Shown here piece after piece: positions 1-9,940 of a stretch of DNA of 64,000 nucleotides (positions are counted from its first letter, which is position 1; every line of letters starts with the position of its first letter). The notes beneath the pieces are model-generated. The model searched no databases. It was not told the origin of the DNA and saw nothing but the letters and a program-made list of their open reading frames with translations. The stretch comes from an uncultured Gemmatimonadales bacterium (GTDB lineage Bacteria > Gemmatimonadota > Gemmatimonadetes > Gemmatimonadales > Gemmatimonadaceae): positions 4,416,001 to 4,480,000 of the forward strand of contig OY969695.1 in NCBI GenBank assembly GCA_963701965.1, in the 5' to 3' direction. The position numbers and the translations under genes are program-made.

Positions 1-926
1 AACATCGCGTCCAAACGCCCGAAGCACGCCGTGAGATCCTCGTGCGCGTACGTCGGCAGATCCCGCGGATGGATGGTATTCGAGAACGTCGTGAGCGCCC
101 CGGTCAGCGCCAGCATCGCCGCGTACAATTCCGCCGGGTGCCCGCGCCGCACTTCCTGGATATGCCGCAGCGCGGGAAAATGCGTGTTGATCGTGTACAG
201 GAGCCAAAAGCTCGCCACGTCCGAGATACTGAATTCGGCGAGACTCTGGTTTTTCTGGCGCCGGGCGCCGGCCAGCGTCGTACTCTTTGCCCCGAGGATC
301 TCCACCACGCGCGCCAGGATCATCGCCAGATGCTCGCTGGCGGCGATGTCGAGGACCGGCGGCACGAAATGCGGATCGAGCGTGATCTCCCCGGTCGCCG
401 ACTTGCGCAGGCGCGCGAGCGGCAGCACCAGGTTCCCTTCCGACGACTCCCCCTCGACGAGAAACCGCAGGTTCTTGCGGGCCACCTGAATGGGCTTCTC
501 CGCCAGTCCCGTATTCTCGTCCCGCCGCAGGACGACCTCCGGCCGGAACCGGGTGAAGCCGTCGCCCAATGATCCCGAGACGTTGTGGCCCCCGGGCCGA
601 TACTCGGGAACGGCCAGCGACACCAGCATGGTGTCCCGATCCTGCTCCCACAGTCCTTCCAGCGGTTTCGGCGGGGGTGGCGCGTCGGCGCCGGGCACAT
701 CGAACGGCAGGCCGTCGGGAAACGTCCCTGTCGCCTCCGTGATCGAGAACACCCCGGCGGCCAGCGCCTCGCGATCGATCTGCAGCCGCTGGAAGCCCCA
801 CGGGCTGAACGTGAGCGTGTTCAGCCGAAAGTCGATCAGATCCTCGTAGTACCGATCCTGGATCTGCAAGTGCTGTGGACTGAGCACCAGGCCTTTCGTC
901 CACAGCACAGGCTGCATTTGTCTCAT
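1..926 (-). CDS. tssK: T6SS baseplate subunit TssK (runs off the left edge)
   Basis: Not in the ORF track. Manual translation from the ATG at 926 gives MRQMQPVLWTKGLVLSPQHLQIQDRYYE...PWGF...FPDGLPFD...GHPAELY, the TssK/ImpJ signature; the frame is open to position 1. Confidence 0.93.
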   Translation of the reverse strand, partial: MRQMQPVLWTKGLVLSPQHLQIQDRYYEDLIDFRLNTLTFSPWGFQRLQIDREALAAGVFSITEATGTFPDGLPFDVPGADAPPPPKPLEGLWEQDRDTMLVSLAVPEYRPGGHNVSGSLGDGFTRFRPEVVLRRDENTGLAEKPIQVARKNLRFLVEGESSEGNLVLPLARLRKSATGEITLDPHFVPPVLDIAASEHLAMILARVVEILGAKSTTLAGARRQKNQSLAEFSISDVASFWLLYTINTHFPALRHIQEVRRGHPAELYAAMLALTGALTTFSNTIHPRDLPTYAHEDLTACFGRLDAM

Positions 927-973
927 GGTGAGCCCGGGCAGCAATATTGAACGCCAATGGTTCGCCATAGTCT

Positions 974-2446
974 ATGACCAGCCCTCGGCCGCTGCCACGC
1001 CTCGATGGCGCCGAGCTCTCCGCGCTGCGCGACGGCCTGCTGGCCGCGGACTATACGGTGCCGTGCGTCGCCGAGCGCACCGGCTCGGACAATATTTACG
1101 AAGCGTGGAGCCGTCGGGTGGCCATTGGCGGCACAGCGCTCGTGAACGACAGTGTCGACGCCCTGATCCGGCTGTATCTCGAAGGGCGGCCGCTCGCCGC
1201 ATCGACCGGTCGCGCCCTGCTCGGCGAACGGCTCCGGCGCCAACTCGAAGCCTGCGGCCTCCTCCAGGTCGACGGCGATCAATACCGGCCGACGACGCTC
1301 CTCTACCCTACGGAAGCGTTGTACCTGGCGTCGGATCTTCCCGGGTTCGACGGCGCGCCGTTGCCCGTCGACGCGGTCTATCCGGCGATCACCCCCAACA
1401 CGCGGGCGTTCGTCGCGGGGCTCCCGACGACCCCTTGCGACCGGTTTCTCGAGCTCTGCGCCGGCACCGGGATCGCCGCGTTGCTCGCGGCGCCGCGCGC
1501 CTCCCATGCGTGGGCAGCCGATTTGACCGATCGGGCGACCCATTTCGCCCGCTTCAACGCCCAGCTCAACGGGTTGCCTAACGTCACGGCCGTCGCCGGC
1601 GATCTCTACCAACCGGTGGCCGGCGCCACATTCGACCGCATCGCGGCCCATCCGCCGTATGTGCCCAGCAGCGACAACGCCGTGATCTACCGCGATGGCG
1701 GCGCCGACGGCGAGTTCATCACGCGCGGCGTGATCGCCGGTCTCCCGTCGCACCTCGCTCCGGGCGGCGTGTGCTACTGTACGTGCGTGGCGACCGACCG
1801 GACCGACGCGCCACTGGAGACGCGGCTCCGGCAGTGGATCGGTCCGGTGGCGGACGCGTTCGATGTCGTGCTGGCCGTCATGCGGACGTCCGTGCCGTCG
1901 GAGCGCGTGTCGGAGTACGTGTCCGAAGGCATCATTGATTCCGCGGAGGCCGAACGCCGCATCGCGCCGTTGGAGGCGTTGGGCATCGAGCGCCAGGTCT
2001 ACGTCTCGATGGCCATTCGGCGCCACGCCGGTGGACGGCCGCCCGCGACCGTGCGTCGCGCCCTCGGGAAACGCGTGACCCCCGCGATGCTCCACCGGTT
2101 GGTGTACTGGGAATCGGCCATGGCCGATCCCGATCAACTCCTCACGCTCATGGGGATGCGGTTCCGCGTGGCGCCGGATACGGGCCGTCACACGGTAGAA
2201 TCGTGGGCCGATGGTCAGTGGCGGCCCGCGTCGCGGCAGCTCGCGCGGGAACGGCCGTTCACCGTCCGTGCCGATTACGATCCGGCGGTTGCCACGTTGT
2301 TGGGGCACATGGACGGCGCGCGGACGGTCCACGAACATTGGGAGGCAATGACCCGCGATGGGGCGGTGCCGGGCGACCTCGATGCATGGCGTTTTGCCAG
2401 TGTCGTGCGCTCGCTCGCGTCATCTGGCATCATTGTCAACACTTGA
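974..2446 (+). CDS. Class I SAM-dependent methyltransferase (HemK/MTS-like) with N- and C-terminal accessory domains
   Basis: Motif I LELCAGTGIAAL, motif IV variant AHPPY, YRDGGADGE; C-terminal winged-helix-like segment DGARTVHE...LASSGII. Confidence 0.85.
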   Translation: MTSPRPLPRLDGAELSALRDGLLAADYTVPCVAERTGSDNIYEAWSRRVAIGGTALVNDSVDALIRLYLEGRPLAASTGRALLGERLRRQLEACGLLQVDGDQYRPTTLLYPTEALYLASDLPGFDGAPLPVDAVYPAITPNTRAFVAGLPTTPCDRFLELCAGTGIAALLAAPRASHAWAADLTDRATHFARFNAQLNGLPNVTAVAGDLYQPVAGATFDRIAAHPPYVPSSDNAVIYRDGGADGEFITRGVIAGLPSHLAPGGVCYCTCVATDRTDAPLETRLRQWIGPVADAFDVVLAVMRTSVPSERVSEYVSEGIIDSAEAERRIAPLEALGIERQVYVSMAIRRHAGGRPPATVRRALGKRVTPAMLHRLVYWESAMADPDQLLTLMGMRFRVAPDTGRHTVESWADGQWRPASRQLARERPFTVRADYDPAVATLLGHMDGARTVHEHWEAMTRDGAVPGDLDAWRFASVVRSLASSGIIVNT

Positions 2447-2458
2447 CACCCCATTTGC

Positions 2459-2487
2459 TTGACACACGGGTCGATCGGCCGTAGCGT
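2459..2487 (+). promoter_or_regulatory. Sigma70-like promoter of the tssB operon
   Basis: TTGACA-N17-TAGCGT ending 40 nt upstream of the tssB ATG; an AGGAG ribosome-binding site precedes the ATG. Confidence 0.6.
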
Positions 2488-2527
2488 GCCGGTCTGGCCC
2501 CGACCTCGACCCTGACAGGAGCGCGGC

Positions 2528-3049
2528 ATGGCGAAGGAGAGTACACAAAAGAAGCTCGAACGCGTGCGGCCCCCTCGCGTCAACATCACGTACGACGTGG
2601 AGTTGGGTGGCGCCATCGAGATGAAGGAGCTCCCCTTTGTCATGGGGGTGCTGGGCGATTTCACGGGGCAGCCCCAGGAGCCGCTCGCCCGGCTACAGGA
2701 TCGCAAGTTTGTCGATGTCACGCTCGACAACTTCGACGACGTCCTGTCGAGCATGAAGCCGCACCTCGCCTACGCCGTCGAGAACAAGCTGACGGGTGAG
2801 CCGAATGCCGGGAAGATCGGCGTCGATCTCACGTTCAAGAGTCTCGATGATTTCTCGCCGGAGGCGGTGGCGCGGCAAGTCGGCCCGCTACGCGAGCTCC
2901 TCGAGCTGCGGCAGAAGCTGGCGGATCTGCGCGGTTCGTTACAAGGCAACGTGAAGTTGGACGAGATTCTCCAATCCACTCTGGGCGACACAGAGAAAAT
3001 GAATCAGCTCAAAGCCGAGCTCGGTACGGGAGGCGGTGATGGCCAGTAA
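2528..3049 (+). CDS. tssB: T6SS contractile sheath small subunit TssB
   Basis: STQKKLERVRPPRVNITYDVE...KELPFVMGVLGDF...FKSLDDFSPEAVARQV. Confidence 0.97.
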   Translation: MAKESTQKKLERVRPPRVNITYDVELGGAIEMKELPFVMGVLGDFTGQPQEPLARLQDRKFVDVTLDNFDDVLSSMKPHLAYAVENKLTGEPNAGKIGVDLTFKSLDDFSPEAVARQVGPLRELLELRQKLADLRGSLQGNVKLDEILQSTLGDTEKMNQLKAELGTGGGDGQ

Positions 3050-4533
3050 GGCGCAAGCGGAGGCGACGGCCGCTCAAGCCGAGGCGGCTCCGGCCGCCGA
3101 AGTCAGTCTCCTCGATCAGATCGTCGACAAGGGGCGGATGGGCCGCGACGCCGAGTCGAAGGCCCGCGGCAAGGACATCGATCAAGCAGTTCGTCGGCGA
3201 GGTGCTGCAGGGCCACATGACCATCTCCCCCGACACGGAGGTCATGCTCAACGCCCGCATCGCCCAGATCGACCGGCTGCTGTCGACGCAGCTCAACGAA
3301 GTGATGCACGCCCCGGAATTTCAGAAGCTGGAATCCAGCTGGCGGGGGCTGCACTACCTCCTGCAAAACACCGAGACGAGCGAGCAGCTCAAGATCAAGA
3401 TTTTCAACGTCTCCAAGAAGGACCTCCTCAAGGACTTCCAGCGCGCCACCGATTTCGACCAGAGCGCGTTGTTCAAGAAGGTCTACGAGGAGGAGTTCGG
3501 CATCTTCGGTGGCGCGCCATTCGGTGCCCTGGTGGGCGACTACGAGTTTGGGCGCACGGGTCCGGACATTGAGCTGCTGGAGAAGATCTCGAACGTCGCC
3601 GCCGCCGCGCACGCGCCATTCCTGACGGCCGCCGGCGCCGAGATGCTCAACCTCGAGGACTTCACCAAGCTCGATCAGCCGCGCGACATCGCCAAGATCT
3701 TCGATTCCGGCGAATACGCCCGGTGGAAGACGTTCCGCGCCAGTGACGATGCGCGGTACGTCGCGCTGACGATGCCCCGCATGTTGCTCCGCGAGCCGTT
3801 CGGCTCCAAGACGGTCCCGGTCGAGGCCTTTGGGTACGAGGAAGAGGTCGACGGCACGGACCACAACAAGTACCTGTGGGGCAACGCCGCTTGGGCGCTC
3901 GCCACGCGCGTGACCAATGCGTTCCAGTCCTATGGGTGGTGCGCCACGATCCGCGGCGTCGAGAGTGGCGGGTTGGTCGAGGGCCTCCCGGTCCATTCGT
4001 TCAAGACCGACGCCGGCGACGTGGCCATGAAGTGTCCGACCGAGATGCCGATCACCGACCGCCGCGAGAAGGAGTTGGCGGACCAAGGATTCGTTCCGCT
4101 GGTGCACTGCAAGGGCACGGCAAACGCCGCGTTCTTCAGCGTGCAGTCGGCGCAGAAGGCGAAGGTGTACAATACCGATGCAGCGACGGCCAACGCCCGC
4201 ATCTCGGCCCAGCTGCCGTACATCTTCGCGGTGTCCCGCTTCGCGCACTACCTGAAGGCGATGATGCGCGACAAGATCGGCGGCTATATGTCTCGTGGTG
4301 AGGTGCAGTCGTTCCTTAGCAACTGGATATCGAACTACGTGGTGGCCAACGACGACGCCCCAATGTCGGTGAAGGCCAAGAGACCGCTGAAGGAAGCCAG
4401 CATCGAAGTGCAGGAAGTGCCGGGCAAGCCCGGAGTCTACCGGGCCGTGACGTTCCTCCGCCCGCACTTCCAGCTCGACGAGCTGAGCGTCTCGATGCGC
4501 CTCGTCGCGGAATTGCCCGCGGCCGCGAAGTAG
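3039..4533 (+). CDS. tssC: T6SS contractile sheath large subunit TssC (one +1 frameshift near 3180, probably a sequencing error)
   Basis: The N-terminus (SLLDQIV...ARGKDI) is in the 3039 frame. Removing one base at about 3180 continues into IKQFVGEVLQG...FQKLESSWRGL...LRPHFQLDELSVSMRLV. Confidence 0.95.
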
Positions 4534-4591
4534 GTCCACCGCCCACGGCAGCGCCATCAATCACGCAGCACGAGCGAGAGGTCAGACGAAC

Positions 4592-5083
4592 ATGGCATTT
4601 GACGCGTATCTCAAACTGGTTGGCATCACCGGCGAAGCAACACGCGCGGGCTTCGAAGGTTGGATCGAAGTCGAGTCGTTCAGCTTCGGCGCCGCCAACC
4701 CGGTCAGCATCGGCACCGCCAGCACCGGCGCTGGTGCCGGCAAGGTGTCACTCAGCTCCTTCAACATCATGAAGATGACGGACTCGTCGAGTCCGACCCT
4801 CTTCCAGAAGTGCTGTGCGGGTCAACACTTCGCGACGGGCAACCTGGTGCTGAACAAGGCCGGCGGCGCCGCGGCCGTGAAGTTCCTGCAGTACGACTTC
4901 ACCGAGGTGTTCGTCGACAGCATCCAGTGGTCGGGTGCGTCGGGCGGCGGCGAGACGCCGTCGGAGTCCATCTCGTTCGCCTTCTCGTCGGTGAACGTGA
5001 CGTATACGCCGCAGAAGGTGGATGGCACTCCGGCAGCCGCCGTGGTGGCCGGGTGGAACATCAAGGCCAACGCCAAGCTCTGA
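4592..5083 (+). CDS. hcp: T6SS tube protein Hcp (TssD)
   Basis: DAYLKLVGITGEA...GWIEVESFSFG...DSSSPTLF...PSESISFAF...GWNIKAN. Confidence 0.96.
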   Translation: MAFDAYLKLVGITGEATRAGFEGWIEVESFSFGAANPVSIGTASTGAGAGKVSLSSFNIMKMTDSSSPTLFQKCCAGQHFATGNLVLNKAGGAAAVKFLQYDFTEVFVDSIQWSGASGGGETPSESISFAFSSVNVTYTPQKVDGTPAAAVVAGWNIKANAKL

Positions 5084-5093
5084 GCGAGACGCT

Positions 5094-5795
5094 ATGAAGG
5101 CCCGTGAGCTGCTGAAAGAGGCGCGGCTCACAGACGCGATCGAGTCGCTGGGCGTCGAGTTGCGGGAAGACCCGACCGACGCCCAGCGGCGCAGTTTGTT
5201 GTTCGAGCTGCTGGCATTTGCCGGCGATCTGAACCGCGCCGAGAAGCAACTGGATATCCTGGGGCAACGCGGTCCCGACGCCGGGATGGGGGCGCTGCTG
5301 TACCGGGCCGCCATCCATGCCGAGCGGACCAGGACCGACATGTTCCGGAAGGGCGAGACGCCGGCGCCGGGGAAGGGACCGGGCATCGCCGGCGCGTTGA
5401 ACGGCAACCCGTTCACGTCCATCCGCGACGCGGATCCCCGCATTGGGGATCGGCTCGAGGTGTTCGCCGCCGGCCAGTATATGTGGATTCCGTTCGAGCA
5501 TCTGGCGTCGGTGCGCATCGCGCCGCCGCGCCGGCTGCGCGACACGCTGTGGACGCCGGCCACGGTGCGTACGGGGCCGGGCTTCAAGGGCACCGAATTG
5601 GGCGAAGTATTGCTTCCCGTCCTGGCGCCGCTGTCGGCGGACAGCGACGACGACGCCGTGCGGTTGGGGCGGGTGACCGAGTGGGTCGCGGGTGACGCGG
5701 GCCTCGATGTCCCCATCGGGCAGAAGCTGTTGTTGATCGGCGATGAGGAAGTGCCCATCCTCGAAGTGCGTGAGTTGACGATCACGCCGGCGTAG
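5094..5795 (+). CDS. tagJ: T6SS accessory protein TagJ/ImpE (SciE)
   Basis: LFELLAFAGDLNRAEKQL...DADPRIGDRLEVF...YMWIPF...LRDTLW...RLGRVTEW...GQKLL. Confidence 0.9.
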   Translation: MKARELLKEARLTDAIESLGVELREDPTDAQRRSLLFELLAFAGDLNRAEKQLDILGQRGPDAGMGALLYRAAIHAERTRTDMFRKGETPAPGKGPGIAGALNGNPFTSIRDADPRIGDRLEVFAAGQYMWIPFEHLASVRIAPPRRLRDTLWTPATVRTGPGFKGTELGEVLLPVLAPLSADSDDDAVRLGRVTEWVAGDAGLDVPIGQKLLLIGDEEVPILEVRELTITPA

Positions 5796-5803
5796 GCGGT
5801 CTC

Positions 5804-7585
5804 GTGCCCCTTCCGGCCGCCGATCTGCTGGCCCCAATCCCCGGTGACGCTCCAGCCGGCGCCGACCTCCGCTACGCGCCCGTGTATGCGACGCTGACGG
5901 AGGCCCGGCGCGAGGACGACGACGCCCCGCAGGGGGATTGGAAGCGCGCGCGCAAAGTCGCCGAGTACGACGTCGTGGTGAAAGTCGCGACGGACGCGCT
6001 GGCGACCAAGTCGAAAGACCTCATGATCGCCGCGTGGCTCACCGAAGCCCTGACGCGCCGCGAAGGGTTCGCGGGTTTGGCCTACGGGCTCGATCTCATG
6101 CGCGGGCTCATCGACCGGTACTGGGAGCAGCTGTATCCGTCGATCGACGAAGGCGACCTGGCGATGCGCGCCAAGCCGCTCAATTGGTGCGGCGCCAACC
6201 TCGATACCAGCGCCAAGCGCGTCGCGCTGGCCCGCGGCGATGGTTTGGATTTCCTCGCGTACGGCGTCTCCCGGGCGCTGGGCTACGAGGCGGCGTGCGG
6301 CGGCGACCCGACGAAACTGGCCGTGCGCAAGCGGGAGATCGACGCCGGCAAGGTCCCGCCTGAAGACTTCGACAAAGCCGTCGAGGCCACGCCCAAAGCG
6401 TGGTACAAGCAGGTCGTCGCCGATCTGCGCCGCGCCACCGCCGCACTCGAGGCGCTGGATACCGACGCCACCGCCAAGTTCGGCGACGATGCGCCGAGTC
6501 TCAACAAACTGAAGGACGGCCTGGAGCAGGTCGCCCATCTCGCCGCGCAATTTCTCGAGAAGAAACTCCTCACGGACCCGGACCCTCCGGAAGCCGTCGC
6601 CGAGACCCCCGCCGCATCGGAGTCCACTGCCGCGAACGCGCCGGCTGCCGGCGGCGTGCCGCGGGGGCTCTCGCTGGAACCGGCGGATCTGGCGGACGCC
6701 ACGGCGCGCGTCGTCGGCGCGGCGCGATGGATGCGCAAGGCCGATCCCGGCAACCCGGCGTCGTATCTCATGCTGCGCGGCCTCCGGTGGGGTGAGCTGC
6801 GGGCGACAGGGAAGACGCCGAACCCGAAACTGCTCGAGGCGCCCAGCTCCGAGACCCGCGTCAAGCTCAAAACGCTCATGCTCGACGCGGCGTGGGACCA
6901 ACTGCTCGACGCGGGCGAGCAGGTGATGGGCACGCCGGCGGGCCGCGGGTGGCTCGACCTCCAGCGATACGTGCTGACGGCCTGCACGGGCCTGGGCGGG
7001 ACGTACGAGGCGCCGGGGACCGCCATCCGTGGCGCGTTGCGCGCGTTGCTCTCCGACATTCCCGAGCTGCCGTCGATGTCCCTGATGGACGATCTCCCGA
7101 CGGCGAATCACGAGACCCGGGCGTGGCTGCGCGAGCTGGTCGGCAGCGCCGAAGGCGCGCCGGCAAGCGACGGCGATGCCCCGACTCCCCTGCCGACGTT
7201 GTCCGTTGGCGCGGTCGACGCCAGTGTCCGTTCCGAGATCCAGGCGGGCCGCCCGGAGCGGGCGATCGACATCCTGATGCGGGAGTTGGATCGCGAGACC
7301 AGCCGGCGCGGCCGGTTTTTGCGGCAGACGCAGATGGCCCGCGTCATGGTCGACGCCGGTCTCGAGAACGTGGCCAAGCCGATTCTGGAGCAGATTCTCG
7401 TCGAGATCGAGTCCCACAAGCTGGAGGAGTGGGAGTCCGGCGAGCTCGTCGCCCAGCCGCTCGTCGCGTTGTATCGCGTGTTGGAGAAGACCGGCGGGGA
7501 CGCCTCGGCCAAGCAGAGTCTCTACCTGCGCATCTGCAAGCTGGACGCCCGTCAGGCGTTGGCGTTCGCCGGCCAGAAATCGTGA
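5804..7585 (+). CDS. tssA: T6SS TssA (ImpA N-terminal domain)
   Basis: LLAPIPGDAPAGADLRY...SKDLMIAAWLTEA...YWEQLYP; GRGWLDLQRY; C-terminal LEEWE motif. Confidence 0.92.
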   Translation: MPLPAADLLAPIPGDAPAGADLRYAPVYATLTEARREDDDAPQGDWKRARKVAEYDVVVKVATDALATKSKDLMIAAWLTEALTRREGFAGLAYGLDLMRGLIDRYWEQLYPSIDEGDLAMRAKPLNWCGANLDTSAKRVALARGDGLDFLAYGVSRALGYEAACGGDPTKLAVRKREIDAGKVPPEDFDKAVEATPKAWYKQVVADLRRATAALEALDTDATAKFGDDAPSLNKLKDGLEQVAHLAAQFLEKKLLTDPDPPEAVAETPAASESTAANAPAAGGVPRGLSLEPADLADATARVVGAARWMRKADPGNPASYLMLRGLRWGELRATGKTPNPKLLEAPSSETRVKLKTLMLDAAWDQLLDAGEQVMGTPAGRGWLDLQRYVLTACTGLGGTYEAPGTAIRGALRALLSDIPELPSMSLMDDLPTANHETRAWLRELVGSAEGAPASDGDAPTPLPTLSVGAVDASVRSEIQAGRPERAIDILMRELDRETSRRGRFLRQTQMARVMVDAGLENVAKPILEQILVEIESHKLEEWESGELVAQPLVALYRVLEKTGGDASAKQSLYLRICKLDARQALAFAGQKS

Positions 7586-8100
7586 CCCGCAAGACCGACG
7601 CCGAGCGCGCCGTCCGCCCGTCAGTCCTCGATCGGCTGATGGACAACGATCCGGCGGCCGGCGTCGACGCGCCGATCTCGTGGGGACAGTCCGTGCGCCA
7701 GCTCAAGGCGTCGCTGTGTCGCGATCTCGAGTGGCTGCTCAACTCGCGGCGGTCCCTCATCGAGATTCCCGAGGCATACGAGCACCTGCGCGCGTCGCTG
7801 CTCAACTACGGCTTGGTCGACGTGACGTCCCTCACGCGCGACGACCCGCAGACCCGCTCCCGCATCATCCGCGAAGTCGAGCGCGCGATCACCACGTTCG
7901 AGCCCCGGCTCGCAGCCGTCAAAGTCTCGCTGGCCTCGGACGGCAATCCCGACGGTCCCGCCGGCGGGCCGCGGCGCGAGCTGCGGTTCGTGGTCGAGGG
8001 ACTGCTGCGCATCGATCCGCAGCCGGAGCAAGTCGTCTTCGACACCGTGCTCGAAGTCACCAGTGGAGACTATCAGGTCCGGAGCAGCGGCGGTGCGTGA
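7582..8100 (+). CDS. tssE: T6SS baseplate TssE (gp25-like)
   Basis: GTG start overlapping the tssA stop; PSVLDRL...RDLEWLLNSR...SLLNYGL...AITTFEPRL...VVFDTVLE. Confidence 0.93.
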   Translation: MTRKTDAERAVRPSVLDRLMDNDPAAGVDAPISWGQSVRQLKASLCRDLEWLLNSRRSLIEIPEAYEHLRASLLNYGLVDVTSLTRDDPQTRSRIIREVERAITTFEPRLAAVKVSLASDGNPDGPAGGPRRELRFVVEGLLRIDPQPEQVVFDTVLEVTSGDYQVRSSGGA

Positions 8101-9940
8101 CGATCTTCTGGCCTACTACGAGCGCGAGTTGGCGTTTCTGCGGCGCATGGGGGCCGAATTCGCGACCTCCTATCCCAAGATCGCGTCCCGCCTCCAGCTC
8201 GAGCCCACCAAGTGCGAGGATCCGCACGTCGAGCGGCTGCTCGAGGCGTTCGCGTTCCTGGCGGCGCGCGTGCACCTCAAGGTCGACGACGACTTTCCCG
8301 AGATCAGCGAGGCGCTGCTCGACGTCGTCTACCCGCACTACGTGCGGCCCATCCCCTCGATGTCGCTGGTGCAGTTTCATCTCGATCCGGAAAAGGGCAA
8401 GCTGGCCAACGGGTACGTGATTCCCCGCGAGACGCCGCTCCTGTCCAAGGCGGTCGCGCGGATCCAGTGCCGGTTTCGCACCGTGACGCCGACCACGGTC
8501 TGGCCGCTGACGGTCGCCAGCGCGAAATGGTCGACGCCCGACCGCCTGCAGCCCGCGGTCCGCGCCCCCGACGCGGTGGCGGCGCTCCGCGTGGAGCTGC
8601 GCTGTCTGCCCGACATCACGTTCGCGAATCTGGAGCTGGAAACGCTGCGCCTGCATATCGATGGCGAGCGCAATCTCGTGTACACGCTCTACGAGCTGCT
8701 GTCCAACAACTGCCTGCGCATTCTGCTGCGCGATCCCCGGCCCGGCGGCGAGCGGCGCACCATCGCGTTGCCGGCGTCGGCGCTCACGCCCGCGGGATTC
8801 GGGCCCGAGGAGTCGATGCTGCCGGCCCCGCGCCGGGCCTTCGCGGGCTATCAGCTCTTGCAAGAGTATTTCACGTTTCCGGAGAAGTTCCTCTTCTTCG
8901 ACCTCTCCGGGTTCGCTGCCGCCCGCGCCGCGGGATTCGGCGATCGCATGGAAGTCGTCTTCTTGCTCTCGCCGTTCGAGCGGGGCGACCGCCGGCCGAT
9001 GCTCGAAGGCGGCGTGAACGAGCACACGATCCGCCTGGGCTGCGCGCCGGTCGTCAACTTGTTTCCGCAGACGTCCGAGCCAATCCAGCTCACGGAACGC
9101 CGACACGAATACGAGATCGATCCGGACGCCCGGCGCCGCCAGACGACCGAGGTCTTTTCCGTCGAGGATGTCGTCGGCCTCTCGTCCGGGTCCTCCGAAC
9201 CGGTGCGCTTTCAGCCGTTCTACTCGCACCGGCACGGCGTGGATACCGACGCGCCGCCGCGCTTCTACAGCGCCGTCCGCCGACCCAGCGCCTGGCGGCC
9301 GGACGGCGGGTCGGACGTGTTTCTGTCGTTCGTCGATCTCGGCGGATCGCCGTCCACGCCATCGACCAATGCGGTCTCCACCCGACTGTTGTGCTTCAAC
9401 GCGGATCTGCCGGGGCGGTTGCCATTCGGCGACGACAGCAGTGGGGGCGATTTCGAGATGCGCGGCGGCGGCCCGATCCAGCGGGTCGCCTGCCTCATCA
9501 AGCCGACGTCGGTGGTCCAGCCGCCCCTGGGACGCCCGCTCCTGTGGCGGCTCATCTCGATGTTGTCGCTCAACTATCTATCGCTCACGGACGACGGCGT
9601 CGACTCGCTGCGCGAGTTGCTCCGCCTGCACAACATGGGCGACAGCGCCGCCATGGAAAAGCAGATTCAGGGCTTGCTCGCCGTCCGCGGCGCGACGGCG
9701 TACTCCCGCGTGGCGTCGGAGCACGGATTGAGCTTCGCGCGCGGGCGGCGCGTGGAGATCGATCTCGACGAGGAGCAGTTCACGGGGGGCGGCGCCTACC
9801 TCTTCGCGGCGGTGTTGGAGCGGTTTCTCGGCCTCTACGCGTCGATGAACAGCTTCTGCGCCCTGACGGCGCGCACGCAACAACGCCGCGACCCGATGCG
9901 CGTCTGGCCGCCGCGCGCGGGCTGGCGGAGTCTCCTGTGA
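8093..9940 (+). CDS. tssF: T6SS baseplate TssF
   Basis: LLAYYERELAFLR...DPHVERLLEAFAFLAAR...YQLLQEYFTFPEKFLF...LWRLISMLSLNYLSL. Confidence 0.97.
   Translation: MRDDLLAYYERELAFLRRMGAEFATSYPKIASRLQLEPTKCEDPHVERLLEAFAFLAARVHLKVDDDFPEISEALLDVVYPHYVRPIPSMSLVQFHLDPEKGKLANGYVIPRETPLLSKAVARIQCRFRTVTPTTVWPLTVASAKWSTPDRLQPAVRAPDAVAALRVELRCLPDITFANLELETLRLHIDGERNLVYTLYELLSNNCLRILLRDPRPGGERRTIALPASALTPAGFGPEESMLPAPRRAFAGYQLLQEYFTFPEKFLFFDLSGFAAARAAGFGDRMEVVFLLSPFERGDRRPMLEGGVNEHTIRLGCAPVVNLFPQTSEPIQLTERRHEYEIDPDARRRQTTEVFSVEDVVGLSSGSSEPVRFQPFYSHRHGVDTDAPPRFYSAVRRPSAWRPDGGSDVFLSFVDLGGSPSTPSTNAVSTRLLCFNADLPGRLPFGDDSSGGDFEMRGGGPIQRVACLIKPTSVVQPPLGRPLLWRLISMLSLNYLSLTDDGVDSLRELLRLHNMGDSAAMEKQIQGLLAVRGATAYSRVASEHGLSFARGRRVEIDLDEEQFTGGGAYLFAAVLERFLGLYASMNSFCALTARTQQRRDPMRVWPPRAGWRSLL

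Noticed and set aside
31..950. Plus-strand ORFs listed at the start of the window
   Set aside because: The region is occupied by tssK on the minus strand, which the ORF track missed because it lacks a stop within the window.
974..2446. Restriction-modification or RiPP system around the methyltransferase
   Set aside because: No nuclease, specificity subunit or precursor peptide gene is adjacent, and both flanking intergenic regions are under 100 bp.
3170..3200. Programmed ribosomal frameshift in tssC or the act genes
   Set aside because: No slippery heptamer or stimulatory structure was seen, and similar indels are scattered through unrelated genes.
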